Below, one piece after another: positions 9,445 through 16,581 of a stretch of 39,218 bases of DNA. Below the pieces are notes generated by a model. It saw nothing but the letters and a program-made list of their open reading frames with translations, did no database searches and was not told the DNA's origin. Origin of the DNA: a virus (Duplodnaviria > Caudoviricetes). The stretch lies in the IMG/VR virus record IMGVR_UViG_3300012921_000069, positions 1 through 39,218 of that record. The stretch is one strand, 5' to 3'. The stretch's first letter is position 1, and the number at the start of each line of letters is the position of its first letter. A program made the position numbers and the translations under genes.

Positions 9445-10555
9445 CAAGACCGGCATCGAATGGACTGACGCCACCTGGAACCCGATTACCGGCTGCAGCA
9501 AGGTCAGCCAGGGCTGCAAGCACTGCTATGCCGAACGCGATTGGGCGCGGCTGTCGGCCAACCCCGGTACGAAGTACTTCGGCCGCGACTTCACCGAAGT
9601 GGCAACGCACGCGGACGCGCTACCGCTGCCGTGCCGCTGGACGAAGCCCCGCCGCATCTTCGTGAACTCGATGTCCGACCTGTTCCATGAGTCGGTGCCG
9701 TTCGAGTTCATCGCGGCCGTGTTCGGCGTGATGGCCGGGGCGAGCTGGCACAGCTTCCAGGTGCTGACCAAACGCCCGCAGCGGATGCTGGATTTCTTCG
9801 CTTGGCTGGACGCGCACCCGGAACGTGCCGAGTTCGATTCGGCGTCGCTGCACGAGAAATATCCCGGCGACGACTGGCGCCCCTTCCTGTGCGCCGATCT
9901 GGCATCGCGCGTGCTGCCGGACGATGGCGAAGGTTTGCGCGTCGCAATCGCCGGCAAGTGGCCGCTTCCGAACGTCTGGCTGGGCGTGAGTGTCGAGGAT
10001 CAGGCAGCGGCGGACGAGCGGGTGCCGCTGCTGCTGAAGGCGCCGGCGGCGGTGCGGTTTCTCAGCGTCGAGCCGATGCTGTCTGCGGTGGACCTCAAGC
10101 TTAGACGCCCCGTCCGCGACGACGACAGACAGGACATGGACGGCTGGTGCAGCCACATCACGACCGCCGCCGGTGCAGGTATCCACTGGGTCATCTGCGG
10201 CGGCGAGAGCGGCCCGCACGCACGGCCGATGCACCCGCAGTGGGCTCGCGATCTGCGCGACCAGTGCGCGGCGCGCGGCGTGCCGTTCCTGTTCAAGCAG
10301 TGGGGGGAGTGGACGCCCGATGACTGGGGCGAGCGCCCGGGTCTGCGCGACACGGCTGGCGTCATGCCTTCTGGCGATTCCCTGTTGATGTCGCAAGGCT
10401 ACGTGCCGCCGTTCGATGACGGCGAGCGCCTTAAGGCTGCCGGCAATGTGCGGCTCGACGGCCGGACGCTTGTGAATCGTGTCGGCAAGAAGGCCGCCGG
10501 CCGCCTGCTCGATGGCGTCGAGCACAACGGCTATCCGGAGGTGCGTCATGGCTGA
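9437..10555 (+). CDS. DUF5131 / phage Gp37-Gp68 family three-Cys protein
   Basis: IEWTDATWNPITGCSKVSQGCKHCYA, FVNSMSDLFH, QVLTKRP, WVICGGESG, PFLFKQWG. Confidence 0.92.
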   Translation: MSDKTGIEWTDATWNPITGCSKVSQGCKHCYAERDWARLSANPGTKYFGRDFTEVATHADALPLPCRWTKPRRIFVNSMSDLFHESVPFEFIAAVFGVMAGASWHSFQVLTKRPQRMLDFFAWLDAHPERAEFDSASLHEKYPGDDWRPFLCADLASRVLPDDGEGLRVAIAGKWPLPNVWLGVSVEDQAAADERVPLLLKAPAAVRFLSVEPMLSAVDLKLRRPVRDDDRQDMDGWCSHITTAAGAGIHWVICGGESGPHARPMHPQWARDLRDQCAARGVPFLFKQWGEWTPDDWGERPGLRDTAGVMPSGDSLLMSQGYVPPFDDGERLKAAGNVRLDGRTLVNRVGKKAAGRLLDGVEHNGYPEVRHG

Positions 10556-10772
10556 GCGCCCCGTTCAGTTCCAGGTGAAGCAGTCCGGCGCCTGGCGCAC
10601 TGCGGTGCGCTGGGACGCCAGCGACGAGGCGCGCAACGATGCCGTGCTCGATGCTGCCGATTCGCTGCTGCGTGCGGTTGGCCGGGCCGGTGGTCGCATC
10701 GTGACCGATGACGGGCTGAACACCTGGCTCATGAACTGGACCGCGGAAGAAGGGTGGAAGCGATGGGTGTGA
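10548..10772 (+). CDS. Hypothetical protein
   Basis: GGAGG RBS before ATG 10548; overlaps its neighbours. Confidence 0.65.
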   Translation: MAERPVQFQVKQSGAWRTAVRWDASDEARNDAVLDAADSLLRAVGRAGGRIVTDDGLNTWLMNWTAEEGWKRWV

Positions 10773-10969
10773 CCGACAAGCAACTGGCCGGCAATCAGCG
10801 CCGGTCGCTGCGCACCATACGCGCCAAGCTGCTCGCGATGGCGGGCGAGTGGGACGGCCGCGATCAGTTCAACCTGAGTGAGCTGACGCGCCTGGCCGAC
10901 GATATCGAGGAAGTCGCCATCAACATGACCGACGACAGCGTGATCGACGACGGCGAGGTCAAGCTATGA
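10769..10969 (+). CDS. Hypothetical protein
   Basis: GTGA and ATGA coupling; alternative start ATG 10763. Confidence 0.6.
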   Translation: MTDKQLAGNQRRSLRTIRAKLLAMAGEWDGRDQFNLSELTRLADDIEEVAINMTDDSVIDDGEVKL

Positions 10970-11469
10970 GCATGACCGAGATCGCGCCCGGCGTGCGGGT
11001 GGGCAAGCACGAAGCCGAGCCGGCCAAGAAGCGCAAGGCACGCCCGGCGCGCTCGGCCGACGATCTGCGCCGCGCCGAGATCGCCCAGATCAAGATCGGC
11101 GCCAAGCAGCTCGGGCTGGAGGATGACGCCTACCGCGACATGCTGTTTGCGCTCGCCCGCGTGCGCTCGGCGGCAGATCTCGACTGGACCGGCCGCAAGC
11201 GCGTGATCGAGCACCTGAAAAGCTGCGGCGCGACGGTGGGCAAGCAGCGCAAGCCGCGCGACGGCCAGGCGGAGAAGATCAGGGCGCTGTGGGCAGCGCT
11301 CGCGCAAGCCGGCGTGGTGCGCGACGGCTCGCCCGCCGCGCTGTCGGCCTGGCTCAAGCGGCAGACGCGCATGAGCGCGCCCGAGTGGCTGTCGACCGCC
11401 GAGGCCTCGCGCGTGATCGAGTCGCTGAAGGGCTGGGCCGCACGCGCCGGTGTGGAGCTGGCGGACTGA
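10966..11469 (+). CDS. gemA: Mu gp16/GemA family (DUF1018) regulatory protein
   Basis: IAQIKIGAKQLGLEDDAYRDML...SAADL...KIRALW...VIESLKGW; immediately upstream of mor. Confidence 0.9.
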   Translation: MSMTEIAPGVRVGKHEAEPAKKRKARPARSADDLRRAEIAQIKIGAKQLGLEDDAYRDMLFALARVRSAADLDWTGRKRVIEHLKSCGATVGKQRKPRDGQAEKIRALWAALAQAGVVRDGSPAALSAWLKRQTRMSAPEWLSTAEASRVIESLKGWAARAGVELAD

Positions 11470-11471
11470 TC

Positions 11472-11891
11472 ATGCACGCGCTCGACCTCGATCCCGACCT
11501 GCTGCCGGCCTTCGCGGCCGAGCTGGTCGCGCGCATCGGCGAGGCCGCCACCTTCGCGCTGGCTGGCCGCTGGCCGGGCGTGCGGCTGTATGTGCCGCTG
11601 CGCGCCGAGATCGACAACCAGGAGAACGGCCCGCACCCCATCGTCGCCTGCATCGGCCTCGACGCCGCGCAGAAGCTGAGCGACGAGTACGGCGGCACCG
11701 TCATCGTGGTGCCGAGCTGCAAGCTGGCCATCCGCGCCCGCTACGTGAATCGCCTGGTCGAACGCTTCTACCGCGGCGAGTCCGCCCGCGACCTCGCGCT
11801 GTCCGAAGGCATGACAGAGCGCGGCATGCAGAAGCTGCTCAGCGGCGCGGGCGCGATGGCGGACAAGCGGAACCTGAGTCTGTTTGATTGA
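11472..11891 (+). CDS. mor: Mor/C family transcriptional activator
   Basis: LVARIGEAATFALAGRWPGVRLYVP, IGLDAAQKLSDEYGG, C-terminal HTH SARDLALSEGMTERGMQKLL. Confidence 0.85.
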   Translation: MHALDLDPDLLPAFAAELVARIGEAATFALAGRWPGVRLYVPLRAEIDNQENGPHPIVACIGLDAAQKLSDEYGGTVIVVPSCKLAIRARYVNRLVERFYRGESARDLALSEGMTERGMQKLLSGAGAMADKRNLSLFD

Positions 11892-11944
11892 ACACGGGTC
11901 GGCCGATCACCCGTCACGAAGACCGGCACAACTGGAGATTTGTC

Positions 11945-12187
11945 ATGCACTATCGAAACGGTCGCGAGGCCAAGAACGGCGACAAGATCGTCAAGCTGGA
12001 AGGCGGCAAGGTTGTCGCCTTCGGCGTTCTTCACAGTGCGACGCCCGGCAACGACTACTGCAATGGCAACATTGCGGTCGTTCAGTCGGCGACGGACTAC
12101 GCATGCATGTGCGACTGTCTGCACGTGGACGATGTGGCCGACGTGCTTGCGGCGCAGGGTCTGGACAAGCGTCCCGAAGGCAAGTGA
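11945..12187 (+). CDS. Small Cys-containing hypothetical protein
   Basis: GGAG RBS at 11935; MHYRNGREAKNGDKIV...YCNG...CMCDCLHVDD. Confidence 0.75.
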   Translation: MHYRNGREAKNGDKIVKLEGGKVVAFGVLHSATPGNDYCNGNIAVVQSATDYACMCDCLHVDDVADVLAAQGLDKRPEGK

Positions 12188-12191
12188 GATA

Positions 12192-12227
12192 GACGCCCGC
12201 CACCGTCGCGAGGTGGTGGCGGGTGTC
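12192..12227 (+). terminator. Strong hairpin (possible terminator or processing site)
   Basis: GACGCCCGCCACCGTC-GCGA-GGTGGTGGCGGGTGTC: 16-bp stem with wobbles and a GNRA loop, but no U-tract. Confidence 0.45.
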
Positions 12228-12253
12228 GAGTAACAAACAAGAGAGGACAGAAC

Positions 12254-12697
12254 ATGGTAGCGACCAACCCCCACCGCCCCGCGCCGCCCAATCCGCACCG
12301 CCGCGACGCCGATGCGGTGATCACCCTGAACACCCCTGAAGCGCACCTGGTGCGGCAGTGGTTCGACGCGTTGCAGGACTTGAACCCGCGCTACCTGTCC
12401 GGGTGGGACCATGTGCTCGCACAGCGGTTGTATCAGGCGCTCGGCCTGCGCGTTCCGGAATCGGTTTCCAGGAAGACGGCTGTGGCGAGCCCGCTGATTT
12501 CGGTTCAGGTCGATGTGCAGGTCGGTACCGACATTGGCGATGCGGCGCGCTGCATGCTGGCGCTTGCCGAGCAAATCAACTGCCGCGTCTGCGCGAACTT
12601 CAATTCGATATCGTTCTTCGCCGACCCGGGCGAGTCGCTGGCAGTGGTGACCGATCGAGCACAATGCGCACTCTCGCCGAAATCGTCGGCTGGCTGA
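12254..12697 (+). CDS. Hypothetical accessory protein
   Basis: A-rich leader with GAGAGG RBS; no family recognised. Confidence 0.65.
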   Translation: MVATNPHRPAPPNPHRRDADAVITLNTPEAHLVRQWFDALQDLNPRYLSGWDHVLAQRLYQALGLRVPESVSRKTAVASPLISVQVDVQVGTDIGDAARCMLALAEQINCRVCANFNSISFFADPGESLAVVTDRAQCALSPKSSAG

Positions 12698-12786
12698 TCA
12701 TCGCCATGTTCCTGCTGGGCACCACCGGCCTGGCAGACTTCCGGCTCGACTTCATGCTAGGCTGAAACCCTTCCCGCAGCACCGGC

Positions 12787-12838
12787 GCTGAACGCGTTCA
12801 GCATGTAAGCGCCTTCCCCCCGCGGCCATCATGGCCGC
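12787..12838 (+). promoter_or_regulatory. Late promoter 1 (lysis operon): activator palindrome plus -10, probably leaderless
   Basis: GCTGAACGCGTTCAGC 12787-12802, ATGTA, CATCAT 12827-12832, ATG at 12839. Confidence 0.8.
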
Positions 12839-13468
12839 ATGAACACCGCCACCCCCGCCTCTACACCTGCCGCCAACGCCGAACCGGTTTTCGCCGCCCA
12901 GCGCAGGACCACGCTGGTTGCGATCCATTGTTCCGCCACGCCCGATGACCGCACGCTGTTCTACGGCTCGGGCCGCGAGCTGCGCACGCCGGTCGACGAG
13001 ATCGACACCTGGCACTGGGACCGCGGCTTCCGCCGCCAGGCGCCGGCGGTCAAGGCCTTCAACCCTCACCTTCGCGCGGTCGGCTATCACTTCGTGATCG
13101 CCCGCAACGGCGCGGTATTCACCGGCCGTCACCCGAACGAGGTGCCTGCGCACGCCAAGGGCCACAACACCGGCGCGCTCGCGATCTGCCTGGTCGGCAT
13201 CCAGCGCTACACGCCCGCCCAGTGGGCGCAGCTTGCCGACCTGGTGCGCGAACTCTGTGCCGCGAACCGGGTGCCGGTGCAGCCGGTGACGCCGGCGCGC
13301 CTGGTCGGTGTAGCCGGTCATCGCGACCTGAGCCCCGACCTCGACCGCAACGGGAAGATCACGCGCAACGAGTGGGTGAAGGTGTGCCCCGGCTTCGACG
13401 TTGCGACTTGGCTGGCGGGCGGTATGCAGCCGCTGGCCGAACACACGGCGCCGGAGGTGGGCAAGTGA
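12839..13468 (+). CDS. Endolysin, N-acetylmuramoyl-L-alanine amidase (Amidase_2, T7 lysozyme-like)
   Basis: IHCSAT, GYHFVI, PAHAKGHN, GHRDLSPD and CPGFD zinc-amidase motifs. Confidence 0.93.
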   Translation: MNTATPASTPAANAEPVFAAQRRTTLVAIHCSATPDDRTLFYGSGRELRTPVDEIDTWHWDRGFRRQAPAVKAFNPHLRAVGYHFVIARNGAVFTGRHPNEVPAHAKGHNTGALAICLVGIQRYTPAQWAQLADLVRELCAANRVPVQPVTPARLVGVAGHRDLSPDLDRNGKITRNEWVKVCPGFDVATWLAGGMQPLAEHTAPEVGK

Positions 13469-13734
13469 TGCAATCGAGACAGCTGGGAAAATTCATCTGG
13501 GGCGCGCTGCAAATGGCGGCGTTCGGCGCGTCTGCGGCGAAGGCCGCGCGCACCATATCTGAGATCTGGGCGCCGCTGATGCGCGCACCGCGCGTGCGCA
13601 TGCAGTCGGTCGAAACCGGCCTGCACGCACCGCACCGCGTGCGCCGCACGGTGGCCGGCGAGCAGCGGGCTGCAGCGAAGCGCCTTGCCGTGCGCCGTGA
13701 GCGCGCGCGGCGGAAGGTGCGGGCGCGCCGATGA
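13468..13734 (+). CDS. Highly cationic hypothetical protein in the lysis cassette
   Basis: TGATG and ATGA coupling; amphipathic N-terminus and Arg-rich C-terminus. Confidence 0.65.
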   Translation: MQSRQLGKFIWGALQMAAFGASAAKAARTISEIWAPLMRAPRVRMQSVETGLHAPHRVRRTVAGEQRAAAKRLAVRRERARRKVRARR

Positions 13735-13958
13735 TCCGCCTCGGCCCGGTCACGCTTGCGCCGATCCAGGACTGGCAGCGCGCGCACAAGCTGTTGAGCG
13801 TGCAGCTCGCCGGCCTGCTGCTGGCGCTCGACGTGGCGTACGACTACCTGCCGGCGCTGACGCAGTACCTGCCCGAGCACTGGGTGCGCTGGATCGCGCT
13901 GGCCATCATCGTCGGGCGGGTGATACGCCAGGCGAGTGTCGGGCGGAGCGGGCTGTGA
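13731..13958 (+). CDS. Putative holin
   Basis: 75 aa with two hydrophobic segments; DWQRAHKLLSVQLA...IIVGRVIRQ; close to the endolysin. Confidence 0.7.
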   Translation: MIRLGPVTLAPIQDWQRAHKLLSVQLAGLLLALDVAYDYLPALTQYLPEHWVRWIALAIIVGRVIRQASVGRSGL

Positions 13959-14572
13959 GCATCGGGGCTGCTTCGCGCGACGGCTTCCGTTTCGCGGTGG
14001 TCTTCTTTGTGGCGCTGATCATGATCGGCGCCGCTGTGTCCTTCGTGTGGTCATGGTGGAAGAGCTTCACCGGCGAGCCCGAGCCCGCCCGCGCGCGCGA
14101 TGTGGCCACCGTCGCGACGCAGGCACCGCAGATCGAGGCCGTGCCGGTCGACTGGATCGTGCCGCCCAAGCCGGTCAAGACCTACGCGCCCAAGGCCAAG
14201 GCGGCGGTGAAGCTGCCGCAGGCGGTGCAGGCCGACGAAGCGGCCGTGGTGCTGCAGTCCTCGCGCATCGCCGCCAGCGACCGCCCCCAGACAGTGACCG
14301 CCGTGCTCGATACCGAGACCGGCGAAACACGCCAGTACGTCGTCGACGATCCGCTGCCCTGGCTCGATACCACCGTGCGCAGTGACGCCGGCGTGTATCT
14401 GGGCCTGAAGCGCGGCGAGCCGACCATCCGAGCGCAGGCGCGCGCCCAGATTGCGCAGGTCAAAGAACTGCGACTGGGCGCGCTCGCCAGCGCCGACATG
14501 CCGCTGAACGGCGAGCGGCCGGGCGTGCAGGCGGAGTACTTCATCGGCGTGGGGGCGTGGCTGCAATGGTGA
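13955..14572 (+). CDS. Membrane-anchored lysis protein, candidate single-gene spanin
   Basis: N-terminal TM FAVVFFVALIMIGAAVSFVW; C-terminal amphipathic strands ending YFIGVGAWLQW; sits at the Rz position. Confidence 0.6.
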   Translation: MSIGAASRDGFRFAVVFFVALIMIGAAVSFVWSWWKSFTGEPEPARARDVATVATQAPQIEAVPVDWIVPPKPVKTYAPKAKAAVKLPQAVQADEAAVVLQSSRIAASDRPQTVTAVLDTETGETRQYVVDDPLPWLDTTVRSDAGVYLGLKRGEPTIRAQARAQIAQVKELRLGALASADMPLNGERPGVQAEYFIGVGAWLQW

Positions 14573-14895
14573 CAAAAGCGGTGAAGGTCACGGAACACAG
14601 CACCGAAAAGGCGCTGCCGCTGCATCTGCACTTCGACGCCGTGCAGTACATCGTGCGCGGCTATGCCGAGCCGGACGGCTACGAGCGCAAGGCGCCGTAC
14701 GACCTGCTCTTCACCGTGCTGAAGCCCGGCGACGGAACGGCCACCGTGCTCGCCATGAAGGGCGTGATGAACCGCCCGACGCGCGACGAGATCGTGCGCC
14801 GCCTGGCGGCCGAGGGCGTGCATACGGCGCGGGTCGTGCGGCACGGCCAGATGAAAGAGATTTCAACCGGACTGAATGAAGGACGAGCGGCGTGA
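14569..14895 (+). CDS. Hypothetical protein
   Basis: GTGA coupling on both sides; alternative start ATG 14566. Confidence 0.65.
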   Translation: MTKAVKVTEHSTEKALPLHLHFDAVQYIVRGYAEPDGYERKAPYDLLFTVLKPGDGTATVLAMKGVMNRPTRDEIVRRLAAEGVHTARVVRHGQMKEISTGLNEGRAA

Positions 14896-15251
14896 ACATC
14901 ACTCCCGAACAGATCACCACCTGGCTGAGCGTCTTCGGCGCGCTGGCCAGCGTCGCATGGGCGTTGGGGCGCGTGCTGATTTCGCAGTTTTCCAAGCTGC
15001 TCGATGCGCGATTCGAAGGGCAGGACGAGCGGTTTGCGGCCCTCATGCGGGGGCAGGAGCAAGAGCGCGTGAATTGGCAGCGCATCGAGCGCGACCTGCT
15101 GGAGCTGCGGGCAGAACTGCCGGTGGCCTATGTGCGCCGCGAAGACCACGTGCGGATGCAGACGGTCATCGAAGCCAAGCTCGACGCCATCCACGTGCGC
15201 GTCGAGAACGTGCAGATACAGGTGGCACAAGTACAAGGAAACCAGAAATGA
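14892..15251 (+). CDS. Mu gp25-like membrane-anchored coiled-coil protein
   Basis: N-terminal TM, coiled coil with ELPVAYVRRED; position before the gp26/gp27-like genes. Confidence 0.65.
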   Translation: MNITPEQITTWLSVFGALASVAWALGRVLISQFSKLLDARFEGQDERFAALMRGQEQERVNWQRIERDLLELRAELPVAYVRREDHVRMQTVIEAKLDAIHVRVENVQIQVAQVQGNQK

Positions 15252-15562
15252 CGCCCGACCTTCAGAAAGCCCGCCGCGAACAGATGCGCTGGATCATCCT
15301 GCTCACGCTGCAGAACTCGCGCCCGGTCGAGATCCACGAGGCGGTGGTGCTGCAGGTGCTGCAGGGCATCTATGCCGACGCCACCGCGCTCGAAGTGCGG
15401 CGCGAGATGGACTACCTCGCCGACCGCGAACTGGTGTGCCTCAACAAGCGGCCCGAAGGCGTATGGCTGGCCGACCTCACGCGTCACGGCGTCGACGTCG
15501 TGGAATACACCGTGGACGTCGAGCCGGGCATCGCTCGGCCGGCAAAGTACTGGGCAGGCTGA
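15248..15562 (+). CDS. Mu gp26-like winged-helix protein
   Basis: RWIILLTL...VRREMDYLADRELV...LTRHGVDVVE...PGIARP. Confidence 0.8.
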   Translation: MTPDLQKARREQMRWIILLTLQNSRPVEIHEAVVLQVLQGIYADATALEVRREMDYLADRELVCLNKRPEGVWLADLTRHGVDVVEYTVDVEPGIARPAKYWAG

Positions 15563-15563
15563 C

Positions 15564-16109
15564 ATGCCGCCCCGCTCCAAGATCGAAACCGACCTGTCGC
15601 CCGAACTGCGCGCCGAGCTGGACCGCCGTCTGGCCGAAGGCGGCTTCGGCGGCTACCAGGCGTTGACCGACTGGCTGCGCGAAGAGGGTTTCGAGATCGG
15701 CCGCAGCGCGGTGCACGTGTATGGCCAGGCGCTGCAGCGCCGTCTGGAATCGGTGCGCGCCAGCACGCAGGCCGCCCGCGAGATCGCGGCGCTGGCCACC
15801 GACGAAGCAGACGACAGGTCGGGCGCGATCATCAGCATCGTGCAGTCGGAGATCTTCAACACGCTGGTCGACATGCAGGCCGTGGAAGAGGCCGATGACC
15901 AGATCGAGCGCATGAAACTGCTCAACGCTGCCGCTAAGAACGTGGCCACGCTCACCCGTGCCAGCGTCACGCTGAAGCGCTACCAGGGCGAAGTCGCCCA
16001 GCGCGCCCGCGCCGCGGCCGATGCGGCTGCGAAGGTCGGCCGTGCGGGTGGGCTGTCGGATGACGCGATCGAGCAGATTCGCGCCAACATCCTCGGCATC
16101 GTTGGGTGA
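15564..16109 (+). CDS. Mu gp27-like DUF3486 protein, putative small terminase subunit
   Basis: MPPRSKI...LSPELRAELDRRL...LREEGFEIGRSAVHVYG...GLSDDAIEQIRANILGI. Confidence 0.88.
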   Translation: MPPRSKIETDLSPELRAELDRRLAEGGFGGYQALTDWLREEGFEIGRSAVHVYGQALQRRLESVRASTQAAREIAALATDEADDRSGAIISIVQSEIFNTLVDMQAVEEADDQIERMKLLNAAAKNVATLTRASVTLKRYQGEVAQRARAAADAAAKVGRAGGLSDDAIEQIRANILGIVG

Positions 16110-16306
16110 TGGCGGTGGTCGCCGACAATCAGGATCTGCGCATCCGTGACCCCATCGTGACGTGCGGCAATCGTCGCTGCCTGCATGAGCACCGCGTGCA
16201 TCAGCGCCGCCTGGACGAGGGCGCGGAGTACACCCGTTGCCCGCGCTGCGGCGACGAATGGTTCCGCGAGCAGGTGCCGCACCGCACTGCGCGAGGTGGT
16301 CGCTGA
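16109..16306 (+). CDS. Small zinc-ribbon-like protein
   Basis: CGNRRC...CPRC; TGATG coupling on both sides. Confidence 0.65.
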   Translation: MAVVADNQDLRIRDPIVTCGNRRCLHEHRVHQRRLDEGAEYTRCPRCGDEWFREQVPHRTARGGR

Positions 16307-16581
16307 TGGCTGTGCTCAAGCGCCTGAGCCGCGCCGAGATCGAGCGCGATTACACGCACGTGGGGTGGTTCTGCGGGCTGGTGCCGGTCTATATCGGCGG
16401 CCTCGAACTGGAGGGGCCGCGCGTCGCTGCGCGCAATGGCGTGCCGGAATGGTGGTTTGACCTGGTGGGCTTCCTGTACGGCTTCACCGCCGCATCGGCC
16501 GAAATGATCTTCGGCGTGGACATGCCTGGCTGGAAGCTCACTCTGACCGGGCGCATACGGAGGCGCGGCGATGCAGCCTGA
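16306..16581 (+). CDS. Hypothetical protein
   Basis: GAGGT RBS and coupled start; YTHVGWFCGLVPVYIG. Confidence 0.7.
   Translation: MAVLKRLSRAEIERDYTHVGWFCGLVPVYIGGLELEGPRVAARNGVPEWWFDLVGFLYGFTAASAEMIFGVDMPGWKLTLTGRIRRRGDAA

Noticed and set aside
13936-14385. Alternative-frame ORF over the spanin candidate as a possible embedded Rz1
   Set aside because: No hydrophobic signal peptide or lipobox before its Cys residues; Arg-rich off-frame composition.
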